DNA of 64,000 nt from the human T2T-CHM13v2.0 reference genome, Homo sapiens: assembly GCF_009914755.1 (NCBI RefSeq), contig NC_060933.1; one strand, written 5' to 3'. Shown piece after piece: positions 46,601 through 60,400 of the stretch. How positions within the stretch are numbered: the first letter of the stretch is position 1; each line of letters opens with the position of its first letter. The notes under the pieces are model-generated. The model had not been told where the DNA came from. It saw only the letters and a program-made list of their open reading frames with translations, and ran no database searches. The position numbers and the translations under genes are program-made.

Positions 46601-49600
46601 CCGTTCCATTCCATTCCATTCCATTCCATTCCATTCCGTTTCGTTGCGTTCCATTCCATTCCATTCCATTCTATTCGGGTTAATTGCATTCCATTCCATT
46701 CGATTGCAATCGAGTTGATTCCATTCCATTCCATTCCATTCCATTCCATTCCTTTCCATTCCATTACGGATGATTCCATTCCATTGCATTACATTCCATT
46801 CCATTCCCCTGTACTCGGGTTGATTCCATTCCATTCCATTCCAATCCATGCCATTCCACTCGTGTTGATTCCATTCTTTCCATTCCATTCAAGTTGATTC
46901 CATTCCATTGCATTCCATTCCATTCGATTCCATTCCATTCCATTCCGTTCCATTCCATTCCATTACATTCGGATTGATTCTATTCAATTCCCTTACACTC
47001 CATTACATTACATTCCATTCGGGTAGTTTCCATTCCATTCCATTCCATTCCTCTCCATTCCATTGCACTCGGGTTGATTCCATTCCATTGCATTCCATTC
47101 CATTCCATTCAAATCCATTCCGTTCCATTCCATTCCATTACATTCGGATTGATTCTATTCAACTCCCTTACTCTCCATTTCATTCCATTCCATTCGGGTT
47201 GTTCCATTCCATTCCATTCCATTCCACTCCATTCCATTGGACTCGGGTTGATTCCATTCCATTCCATTCCATTCCATTCCATTCCATTCCATTCCGGAAG
47301 ATTCCATTCCATTGCATTCCATTCCATTCCATTCCCCTGCACTCGCGTTGATTCTATTCTATTCCATTCTATTCCATTCCATTCCCTTCCTTTCCGTTCC
47401 ATTCCATTCCATTCCAATCCATTCCATTCCATTCCGTTCCGTTCCGTTCCATTCCATTCCATTCCATTCCATTCTATTCGGGTTAATTCCATTCCATTCC
47501 ATTCGATTGCAATCGAGTTGATTCCATTCCATTCCATTCCATTCCATTCCATTCCATTCCATTCCATTCCATTCCTTTCCATTCCTTTACGGATGATTCC
47601 ATTCCATTGCATTCCATTCCATTCCATTCCCCTGTACTCGGGTTGATTCCATTCCATTCCATTCCAATCCATTCCATTCCGGATGATTCCATTCCATTGC
47701 ATTCCGTTCCATTACATTCCCCTGCACTCGCGTTGATTCCATTCCATTCCATTCCATTCCATTCAATTCCATTCCATTACAATTCGTTCCATTCCATTCT
47801 ATTCCGTACCATTCCATTCCATTGCATACCATTCCATTCCATTCCATTCCATTCCGTTCCATTCCGTTCCATTCCATTCCATTCCATTCTATTCGGATTA
47901 ATTCCATTCCATTCCATTCCATTCCATTCTATTCCATTCCATTGCAATCGAGTTGAATCCATTGCATTTCATTCCATTCCATTCCATTCCGGAAGATTCC
48001 ATTCCATTGCATTCCATTCCATTCCATTCCCCTGCGTTCGCGTTGATTCCATTCCATTCCATTCAATTCCATTCCGTTCCATTCCATTCCATTATATTCG
48101 GATTGATTCTACTCAACTCCCTTACTCTCCATTATATTCCATTTCATTCGGGTTGTTCCATTCCATTCCATTCCATTCCACTCCATTCCATTGCACTCGG
48201 GTTTGTTCCATTCCATTCCATTCCATTCCATTCCATTCCATTCCATTCCATTCCATTCCGGAAGATTCCATTCCATTGCATTCCATTCCATTCCATTCCC
48301 CTGCACTCGCGTTGATTCCATTCCATTCCATTCCATTCCATTCCATTCCATTCCATTCCTTTCCGTTCCATTCCATTCCATTCCATTCCATTCCATTCCG
48401 TTCCGTTCCGTTCCGTTCCATTCCATTCCATTCCATTCTATTCGGGTTAATTCCATTCCATTCCATTCGATTGCAATCGAGTTGATTCCATTCCATTCCA
48501 TTCCATTCCATTCCATTCCATTCCATTCCATTCCTTTCCATTCCATTACGGATGATTCCATTCCATTGCATTACATTCCATTCCATTCCCCTGTACTCGG
48601 GTTGATTCCATTCCATTCCATTCCATTCCATTCCATTCCGGATGATTCCATTCCATTGCATTCCGTTCCATTACATTCCCCTGCACTCGCGTTGATTCCA
48701 TTCCATTCCATTCCATTCCATTCAATTCCATTCCATTACAATTCGTTCCATTCCATTCTATTCCGTACCATTCCATTCCATTGCATACCATTCCATTCCA
48801 TTCCATTCCATTCCGTTCCGTTCCGTTCCATTCCATTCCATTCCATTCTATTCGGATTAATTCCATTCCATTCCATTCCATTCCATTCTATTCCATTCCA
48901 TTGCAATCGAGTTGAATCCATTGCATTTCATTCCATTCCATTCCATTCCATTCCATTCCGGAAGATTCCATTCCATTGCATTCCATTCCATTCCATTCCC
49001 CTGCGTTCGCGTTGATTCCATTCCATTCCATTCCATTCCATTCCGTTCCGTTCCATTCCATTCCATTCCATTCCATTCCGTTCCGTTCCATTCCATTCCA
49101 TTCCATTCTATTCGGGTTAATTCCATTCCATTCCATTCGATTGCAATCGAGTTGATTCCATTCCATTCCATTCCATTCCATTCCATTCCATTCCATTCCA
49201 TTCCTTTCCATTCCATTACGGATGATTCCATTCCATTGCATTCCATTCCATTCCATTCCCCTGTACTCGGGTTGATTCCATTCCATTCCATTCCAATCCA
49301 TGCCATTCCACTCGTGTTGATTCCATTCTTTCCATTCCATTCAAGTTGATTCCATTCCATTGCATTCCATTCCATTCGATTCCATTCGATTGCACTCGGG
49401 TTGATTCCATTCCATTGCATTCCATTCCATTCCATTCGATTCCATTCCATTCCATTCCGTTCCATTCCATTCCATTCCATTCGGATTGATTCTATTCAAT
49501 TCCCTTACACTCCATTACATTACATTCCATTCGGGTAGTTTCCATTCCATTCCATTCCATTCCTCTCCATTCCATTGCACTCGGGTTGATTCCATTCCAT

Positions 49601-49860
49601 TGCATTCCATTCCATTCCATTCAATTCTATTCCGTTCCATTCCATTCCATTACATTCGGATTAATTCTATTCAAGTCCCTTACTCTCTATTATATTCCAT
49701 TCCATTCGGGTTGTTCCATTCCATTCCATTCCATTCCACTCCATTCCATTTGACTCGGGTTGATTCCATTCCATTCCATTCCATTCCATTCCATTCCATT
49801 CCGGAAGATGCCATTCCATTGCATTCCATTCCATTCCATTCCCCTGCACTCGCGTTGATT
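40670..49860 (+). repeat. Three-copy tandem series with shrinking units (~3.4, ~3.27, ~2.5 kb)
   Basis: Offsets 41032/44437 (3405), 41893/45273 (3380), 43804/47074 (3270); marker GATTCTATTCTATTCC at 44075, 47350 and 49857; private words TTCTAGTTG, CTGCGTTCGCG, TCTACTCAAC. Confidence 0.85.
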
Positions 49861-51289
49861 CTATTCTATTCCATTCTATTCCATTCCATTCCCTTCCTTT
49901 CCGTTCCATTCCATTCCATTCCATTCCATTCCATTCCATTCCATTCCGTTCCGTTAAGTTCCATTCCATTCCATTCCATTCTATTCGGGTTAATTCCATT
50001 CCATTCCATTCGATTGCAATCGAGTGGATTCCATTCCATTCCATTCCATTCCATTCCATTCCTTTCCATTCCATTACGGATGATTCCATTCCATTGCATT
50101 GCATTCCATTCCATTCCCCTGTACTCGGGTTGATTCCATTCCATTCCATTCCAATCCATGCCCTTCCACTCGTGTTGATTCCATTATTTCCATTCCATTC
50201 TAGTTGAATCCATTCCATTGCATTCCATTCCATTCGATTCCATTCGATTGCACTCGGGTTGATTCCATTCCATTGCATTCCATTCCATTCCATTCCATTC
50301 CATTCCATTCCATTCCATTCCATTTCATTCCGTTCCATTCCATTCCATTACATTCGGATTGATTCTATTCAACTCCCTTACTCTCCATTACATTGGATTC
50401 CATTCGGGTTGTTCCATTCCATTCCATTCCATTCCACTCCATTCCATTGCACTCGGGTTGATTCCATTACATTCCATTCCATTCCGGAAGATTCCATTCC
50501 ATTGCATTCCATTACATTCCATTCCCCTGTACTCGCGTTGATTCCATTCCTTTCCATTCCATTCCATTCCATTCCATTCCATTCCATTCCATTCCTTTCC
50601 GTTCCATTCCATTACATTCCATTCCATTCCATTCCGTTCCGTTCCATTCCATTCCATTCCATTCTATTCGGGTTAATTCCATTCAATTCCATTCGATTGC
50701 AATCGTGTTGATTCCATTCCATTCCATTCCATTCCATTCCATTCAATTCCATTCCGTTCCATTCCATTCCATTATATTCGGATTGATTCTACTCAACTCC
50801 CTTACTCTCCATTATATTCCATTCCATTCGGGTTGTTCCATTCCATTCCATTCCATTCCACTCCATTCCATTGCACTCGGGTTTGTTCCATTCCATTCCA
50901 TTCCATTCCATTCCATTCCATTCCGGAAGATTCCATTCCATTGCATTCCATTCCATTCCATTCCCCTGCACTCGCGTTGATTCCATTCCATTCCATTCCT
51001 TTCCATTCCATTCCATTCCATTCCTTTCCGTTGCATTCCATTCCATTCCATTCCATTCCATGCCGTTCCATTCCGTTCCGTTCCGTTCCATTCCATTCCA
51101 TTCCATTCTATTCGGGTTAATTCCATTCCATTCCATTCGATTGCAATCGAGTTGATTCCATTCCATTCCATTCCATTCCATTCCATTCCATTCCATTCCT
51201 TTCCATTCCATTACGGATGATTCCATTCCATTGCATTACATTCCATTCCATTCCCCTGTACTCGGGTTGATTTCATTCCATTCCATTCC

Positions 51290-54200
51290 ATTCCATTCCA
51301 TTCCGGATGATTCCTTTCCATTGCATTCCATTCCATTCCATTCCCCTGCACTCGGGTTGATTCCATTCCATTCCACTCCATTCCATTGCATTCCATTCCA
51401 TTCCATTGTATTCGGGTTGATTCCATTGCATTCCTTTCCATTCCATTCCATTCCATTCCATTCCATTACAATCGAGTTGATTCCATTCCATTCCATTCCA
51501 TTCCAGTGCTTTCCATTCCATTCCACTCGGGTTGATTCCATTCTATTAGTTTCCATTCTATTCCATTCCCTTCCATTCCACTCTTGTTGATTCCATTCCT
51601 TTCCATTCCACTCGAATACATTCCCTCCTATTCCACTCGGAACGATTCCATTCCATTCCATTCCATTCCATTCCATTCCATTCCATTCCATTTCGTTCTA
51701 TTCCATTCTATTCCGTACCATTCCATTCCATTCTATTCCATTCCATTCCATTCCACTCGTGTTGATTCCATTGCTTTCCATTCCATTCGGTTTGAAGGCA
51801 TTCCATTCCATTCCATTCCATTCCATTCCATTCCATTCCATTCCATTCCATTGTACTCGGGTTGATTCAATTCCATTGCTTTCCATTCCATTCCATTCCG
51901 TTGCATTCTATTCCATTTCATTCGGATTGATTGTATTCAAATCCCTTACTCTTCATTACATTCCATTCCATTCGGGTTGTTCCATTCCATTCCATTCCAT
52001 TCCATTCCATTCCATTCCATACCATTCCATTCCATTGCATTCCATTCCATTCCGTTCCATTCCGTTCCATTCCATTCCATTCCATTCTATTCGGGTTAAT
52101 TCCATTCCACTCCATTCCATTCCATTCCATTCTATTCCATTCCATTGCAATCGAGTTGAATCCATTGCATTTCATTCCATTCCATTCCATTCCATTCCAT
52201 TCCGGAAGATTCCATTCCATTGCATTCCATTCCATTCCATTCCCCTGCACTCGCGTTGATTCCATTCCATTCCATTCCATTCCATTCCGTTCCATTCCGT
52301 TCCGTTCCATTTCATTCCATTCCATTCCATTCCATTCCGTTCCGTTCCATTCCATTCCATTCCATTCCACTCTATTCGGGTTAATTCCATTCCATTCCAT
52401 TCGATTGCAATCGAGTGGATTCCATTCCATTCCATTCCATTCCATTCCATTCCTTTCCCCTGTACTCGGGTTGATTCCATTCCATTCCATTCCAATCCAT
52501 GCCATTCCACTCGTGTTGATTCCATTCTTTCCATTCCATTCAAGATGAATCCATTCCATTGCATTCCATTCCATTCGATTCCATTCGTTTGCACTCGTGT
52601 TGATTCCATGGCATTGCATTCCATTCCATTGCATTCCATTTCATTCCATTCCATTGCATTCCATTTCATTCCATTCCATTCATTTCCATTCCATTCCATT
52701 CCATTCGGATTCATTCTATTCAATTCCCTTACACTCCATTACATTACATTCCATTCGGGTTGTTCCATTCCATTCCATTCCATTCCACTCCATTCCATTG
52801 CACTGGGGTTGATTCCATTCCATTCCTTTCCATTCCATTCCATTCCATTCCGGATGATTCCATTCCATTGCATTCCGTTCCATTCCATTCCCCTGCAGTC
52901 GCGTTGATTCCATTCCATTCCATTCCATTCCATTCCATTCCATTCCATTCCATTCCATTGTACTCGGGTTGATTCCATTCCATTGCATTCCATTCCATTC
53001 CATTCCATTCCATTCTATTCCATTCCATTCCGTTGCTTTCCATTCCATTACATTCGGATTGATTCTATTCAACTCCCTTACTCTCCATTACATTCCATTC
53101 CATTCGGGTTCTTCCATTCCATTCCATTCCATTCCACTCCATTCCATTGCACTCGGGTTGATTCCATTCCATTCCATTCCATTCCATTCATTCCGGATGA
53201 TTCCATTCCATTGCATTCCGTTCCATTACATTCCCCTGCACTCGTGTTGATTCCATTCCATTCCATTCCATTCCAATCAATTCCATTCCATTACAATTCG
53301 TTCCATTCCATTCTATTCCGTACCATTCCATTCCATTACATACCATTCCATTCCGTTCCATTCCATTCCATTCCTTTCCATTCCATTCCGGAAGATTCCA
53401 CTCCATTGCATTCCATTCCATTCCATTCCCCTGCACTCACGTTGATTCCATTCCATTCCATTCCATTCCCCTGAAGTCGGGTTGATTCCATTCCATTCCA
53501 TTCCATTCCATTCCATTCCATTCCATTCAATTCCGTTCCGTTCCATTCCATTCCATTCCATTCTATTCGGGTTAATTCCATTCCATTCTATTCCATTCCA
53601 TTCCATTCCAATCCATTCAGTTCCATTCCATTCCATTCCATTCCATTCTATTCGGGTTAATTCCATTCCATTTCATTCCATTCCATACCATTCCATTCCA
53701 TTCCATTCCATTCCATTCCGTTCCATTCCGTTCTATTCCATTCCATTCCATTCTATTCGTGTTAATTCCATTCCATTCTATTCCATTCCAGTCCATTGAA
53801 ATCGAGTTGATTCCATTCCATTCCATTCCATTCCATTCCATTCCATTCCGGATGATTCCATTCCATTGCATTCCATTCCATTCCATTCCCCTGCACTCGG
53901 ATGGATTCCATTCCATTCCATTACATTACATTACGTTCCATTCCGTTCCATTCTATTCTATTCGGGTTAATTCCATTCCATTCCATTCCACTCCATTCCA
54001 TTCCATTCTATTCGGGTTAATTCCATTCCATAACATTCCATTCCATTCCATTCCATTCCAATCGAGTTGATTCCATTCCATTGCATTCCATTTCACTCAA
54101 TTCCAGTCCTTTCCATTCCATTCCACTCGGGTTGATTCCATTCTATTCCTTTCCATTCCATTCCATTCCATTGCATTCGAGTTGATTCCATTGCTTTGCA

Positions 54201-56280
54201 TTCCATTCCATTCCATTCCATTCCGGATGATTCCTTTCCATTGCATTCCATTCCATTCCATTCCCCTGCACTCGGGTTGATTCCATTCCATTCCACTCCA
54301 TTCCATTGCATTCCATTCCATTCCATTGTATTCGGGTTAATTCCATTGCATTCCTTTCCATTCCATTCCATTCCATTCCATTCCATTACAATCGAGTTGA
54401 TTCCATTCCATTCCATTCCATTCCAGTGCTTTCCATTCCATTCCACTCGGGTTGATTCCATTCTATTAGTTTCCATTCCATTCCATTCCCTTCCATTCCA
54501 CTCTGGTTGATTCCATTCCTTTCAATTCCACTCGAATACATTCCCTCCTATTCCACTCGGAACGATTCCATTCCATTCCATTCCATTCCATTCCATTCCA
54601 TTCCATTTCGTTCCATTCCATTCTATTCCGTACCATTCCATTCCATTCCATTCCATTCCATTCCATTCCATTCCACTCGTGTTGATTCCATTGCTTTCCA
54701 TTCCATTCGGTTTGAAGACATTCCATTCCATTCAATTCCATTCCATTCCATTCCATTCCATTCCATTCCATTCCATTCCATTCCATTGTACTCGGGTTGA
54801 TTCAATTCCATTGCATTCCATTCCATTCCATTCCGTTGCATTCCATTCCATGTCATTCGGTTTGATTGTATTCAAATCCCTTACTCTTCATTACATTCCA
54901 TTCCATTCGGGTTGTTCCATTCCATTCCATTCCATTCCATTCCATTCCATACCATTCCATTCCATTCCATTCCATTCCATTCCATTCCATTCCATTCCGT
55001 TCCATTCCATTCCATTCCATTCTATTCGGGTTAATTCCATTCCATTCCATTCCATTCCATTGCATTCCATTCCATTCTATTCCATTCCATTGCAATCGAG
55101 TTGAATCTATTGCATTTCATTCCATTCCATTCCATTCCATTCCATTCCGGAAGGTTCCAATCCATTGCATTCCATTCCATTCCATTCCCCTGCACTCGCG
55201 TTGATTCCATTCCATTCCATTCCATTCCGTTCCGTTCCGTTCCGTTCCATTTCATTCCATTCCATTCCATTCCATTCCATTCCGTTCCGTTCCATTCCAT
55301 TCCATTCCATTCCACTCTATTCGGGTTAATTCCATTCCATTCCATTCGATTGCAATCGAGTTGATTCCATTCCATTCCATTCCATTCCATTCCATTCCTT
55401 TCCCCTGTACTCGGGTTGATTCCATTCCATTCCATTCCAATCCATGCCATTCCACTCGTGTTGATTCCATTCTTTCCATTCCATTCAAGATGAATCCATT
55501 CCATTGCATTCCATTCCATTCGATTCCATTCGTTTGCACTCGTGTTGATTCCATGGCATTGCATTCCATTCCATTGCATTCCATTTCATTCCATTCCATT
55601 CCTTTCCATTCCATTCCATTCCATTCGGATTCATTCTATTCAATTCCCTTACACTCCATTACATTACATTCCATTCGGGTTGTTCCATTCCATTCCATTC
55701 CATTCCACTCCATTCCATTGCACTGGGGTTGATTCCATTCCATTCCTTTCCATTCCATTCCATTCCATTCCGGATGATTCCATTCCATTGCATTCCGTTC
55801 CATTCCATTCCCCTGCAGTCGCGTTGATTCCATTCCATTCCATTCCATTCCATTCCATTCCATTCCATTCCATTGTACTCGGGTTGATTCCATTCCATTG
55901 CATTCCATTCCATTCCATTACATTCCATTCTATTCCATTCCATTCCATTCTATTCCATTCCATTCCGTTGCTTTCCATTCCATTACATTCGGATTGATTC
56001 TATTCAACTCCCTTACTCTCCATTACATTCCATTCCATTCGGGTTCTTCCATTCCATTCCATTCCATTCCACTCCATTCCATTGCACTCGGGTTGATTCC
56101 ATTCCATTCCATTCCATTCCATTCATTCCGGATGATTCCATTCCATTGCATTCCGTTCCATTACATTCCCCTGCACTCGCGTTGATTCCATTCCATTCCA
56201 TTCAATTCCATTCAATTCCATTCCATTACAATTCGTTCCATTCCATTCTATTCCGTACCATTCCATTCCATTCCATACCA
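51290..56280 (+). repeat. Duplication with ~2.93 kb period (~51290-53330 vs ~54215-56280)
   Basis: Offsets 51584/54507, 51931/54866, 52716/55636, 53078/56013; private words TTGTATTCAAATCCCTTACTCTTC, CACTGGGGTTG, CTGCAGTCGCG. Confidence 0.85.
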
Positions 56281-57400
56281 TTCCACTCCATTCCATTCCA
56301 TTCCATTCCGTTCCATTCCGTTCCATTCCATTCCATTCCATTCTATTCGGGTTAATTCCATTCCATTCCATTCCGTTCCATTCCATTCCATTCCATTGCA
56401 TTCCATTCCGTTCCATTCCGTTCCATTCCATTCCATTCCATTCTATTCGGGTTAATTCCATTCCATTCCATTCCATTGCATTCTATTCCATTCCATTGCA
56501 ATCGAGTTGAATCCATTGCATTTCATTCCATTCCATTCCATTCCATTCCATTCCGGAAGATTCCATTCCATTGCATTCCATTCCATTCCATTCCCCTGCA
56601 CTCGCGTTGATTCCATTCCATTCCATTCCATTCCATTCCATTCCATTCCATTCCATTCCATTCCATTGTACTCGGGTTGATTCCATTCCATTGCATTCCA
56701 TTCCATTCCATTCCATTCCATTCTATTCCATTCCATTCCGTTGCTTTCCATTCCATTACATTCGGATTGATTCTATTCAACTCCCTTACTCTCCATTACA
56801 TTCCATTCCATTCGGGTTCTTCCATTCCATTCCATTCCATTCCACTCCATTCCATTGCACTCGGGTTGATTCCATTCCATTCCATTCCATTCCATTCATT
56901 CCGGATGATTCCATTCCATTGCATTCCGTTCCATTACATTCCCCTGGACTCGCGTTGATTCCATTCCATTCCATTCCATTCCATTCAATTCCATTCCATT
57001 ACAATTCGTTCCATTCCATTCTATTCCGTACCATTCCATTCCATTACATACCATTCCATTGCATTCCATTCCATTCCATTCCGTTTCATTCCGTTCCATT
57101 CCATTCCATTCCATTCTATTCGGGTTAATTCCATTCCATTCCATTCCGTTCCATTCCATTCCATTCCATTCCATTGCATTCCATTCCGTTCCATTCCGTT
57201 CCATTCCATTCCATTCCATTCTATTCGGGTTAATTCCATTCCATTCCATTCCATTCCATTCCATTCTATTCCATTCCATTGCAATCGAGTTGAATCCATT
57301 GCATTTCATTCCATTCCATTCCATTCCATTCCATTCCGGAAGATTCCATTCCATTGCATTCCATTCCATTCCATTCCCCTGCACTCGCGTTGATTCCATT
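55870..57400 (+). repeat. Tandem duplication of a ~773-783 bp unit
   Basis: Offsets 56013/56786, 56123/56896 and 56248/57021 are all 773; markers GGGTTCTTCC and ATTCATTCCGGATG occur in both units. Confidence 0.8.
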
Positions 57401-60400
57401 CCATTCCATTCCACTCCATTCCATTCCATTCCATTCCGTTCCGTTCTGTTCCATTCCATTCCATTCCATTCCGTTCCGTTCCATTCCATTCCATTCCATT
57501 CCATTCTATTCGGGTTAATTCCATTCCATTCCATTCGATTGCAATCGAGTTGATTCCATTCCATTCCATTCCATTCCATTCCATTCCATTCCATTCCATT
57601 CCTTTCCATTACATTACGGATGATTCCATTCCATTCCATTCCATTCCATTCCTTTCCCCTGTACTCGGGTTGATTCCATTCCATTCCATTCCAATCCATG
57701 CCATTCCACTCGTGTTGATTCCATTCTTTCCATTCCATTCAAGATGAATCCATTCCATTGCATTCCATTCCATTCGATACCATTCGTTTGCACTCGTGTT
57801 GATTCCATGGCATTGCATTCCATTCCATTCCATTCCTTTACATTCCATTCCATTCCATTCCATTCCTTTCCATTCCATTCCATTCCATTCGGATTCATTC
57901 TATTCAATTCCCTTACACTCCATTACATTACATTCCATTCGGGTTGTTCCATTCCATTCCATTCCATTCCACTCCATTCCATTGCACTCGGGTTGATTCC
58001 ATTCCATTCCTTTCCATTCCATTCCATTACATTCCGGATGATTCCATTCCATTGCATTCCGTTCCATTCCATTCCCCTGCACTCGCGTTGATTCCATTCC
58101 ATTCCATTCCATTCCATTCAATTCCATTCCATTACAATTCGTTCCATTCCATTCTATTCCGTACCATTCCATTCAATTCCATACCATTCCATTCCATTCC
58201 ATTCCATTCAGTTCCATTCCGTTCCATTCCATTCCATTCCATTCTATTCGGGTTAATTCCATTCCATTCCATTCCATTCCATTCCATTCTATTCCATTCC
58301 ATTGCAGTCGAGTTGAATCCATTGCATTTCATTCCATTCCATTCCATTCCATTCCATTCCAGAAGATTCCATTCCATTGCATTCCATTCCATTCCATTCC
58401 ATTCCATTCCATTCCATTCCGTTCCATTCCATTACATTCGGATTGATTCTATTCAATTCCCTTACACTGCATTCCATTCCATTCCATTCGGGTAGTTTCC
58501 ATTCCATTCCATTCCATTCCTCTCCATTCCATTGCACTCGGGTTGATTCCATTCCATTGCATTCCATTCCATTCCATTCAATTCCATTCCGTTCCATTCC
58601 ATTCCATTACATTCGGATTGATTCTATTCAACTCCCTTACGCTCCATTACATTCCATTCCATTCGGGTTGTTCCATTCCATTCCACTCCATTCCATTGCA
58701 CTCGGGTTGATTCCGTTCCATTCCATTCCATTCCTTTCCATTCCATTCCGGAATATGCCACTCCATTGCATTCCATTCCATTCCATTCCCCTGCACTCAC
58801 GTTGATTCCATTCCATTCCACTCCATTCCATTCCATTCCATTCCTTTCGGTTCCATTCCATTCCATTCCATTCCATTCCGTTCCGTTCCATTCCATTCCA
58901 TTTCATTCTATTCGGGTTAATTCCATTCCATTCCATTCGATTGCAATCGAGTTGATTCCATTCCATTCCATTCCATTCCATTCCATTCCATTCCATTCCA
59001 TTCCATTCCATTCCATTCCTTTCTATTCCATTACGGATGATTCCATTCCATTGCATTCCATTCCATTCCATTCCCCTGTACTCGGGTTGATTCCATTCCC
59101 TTCCATTCCAATCCATGCCATTCCACTCGTGTTGATTCCATTCTTTCCATTCCATTCAAGTTGAATCTATTCCATTGCATTCCATTCCATTCCATTCCCC
59201 TGAAGTCGGGTTGATTCCATTCCATTCCATTCCATTCCATTCCATTCCATTCCATTCCATTCCATTCCGTTCCGTTCCATTCCATTCCATTCCATTCTAT
59301 TCGGGTTAATTCCATTCCATTCTATTCCATTCCATTCAATTCCAATCCATTCAGTTCCATTCCATTCCATTCCATTCCATTCTATTCGGGTTAATTCCAT
59401 TCCATTCCATTCCATTCCATTCCATTCTATTCCATTCCATTGCAGTCGAGTTGAATCCATTGCATTTCATTCCATTCCATTCCATTCCATTCCATTCCGG
59501 AAGATTCCATTCCATTGCATTCCATTCCATTCCATTCCCCTGCACTGGCGTTGATTCCATTCCATTCCATTACATTCCATTCCGTTCTGTTCCGTTCCGT
59601 TCCATTCCATTCCATTCCATTCTGTTCCGTTCCATTCCATTCCATTCCATTCTATTCGGGTTAATTCCATTCCATTCCATTCGATTGCAATCGAGTTGAT
59701 TCCATTCCATTCCATTCCATTCCATTCCATTCCATTCCATTCCATTCCTTTCCATTCCTTTACGGATGATTCCATTCCATTGCATTCCATTCCACTCCAT
59801 TCCCCTGTACTCGGGTTGATTCCATTCCATTCCATTCCAATCCATGCCATTCCACTCGGGTTGATTCCATTCTTTCCATTCCATTCAAGTTGAATCCATT
59901 CCATTGCATTCCATTCCATTGGATTCCATTCGATTGCACTCGGGTTGATTCCATTCCATTGCATTCCATTCCATTCCATTCCATTCCATTCCATTCCATT
60001 CCGTTCCATTCCATTACATTCGGATTGATTCTATTCAATTCCCTTACACTGCATTCCATTCCATTCCATTCGGGTAGTTTCCATTCCATTCCATTCCATT
60101 CCTCTCCATTCCATTGCACTCGGGTTGATTCCATTCCATTGCATTCCATTCCATTCCATTCCATTCAATTCCATTCCGTTCCATTACATTCCATTACATT
60201 CGGATTGATTCTATTCAACTCCCTTACTCTCCATTCCATTCCATTCCATTCGGGTTGTTCCATTCCATTCCACTCCATACCATTGCACTCGGGTTGATTC
60301 CATTCCATTCCATTCCATTCCATTCCGAAAGATTCCATTCCATTGCATTCCATTCCATTCCATTCCCCTGCACTCGCGTTGATTCCATTCCATTCCAGTC

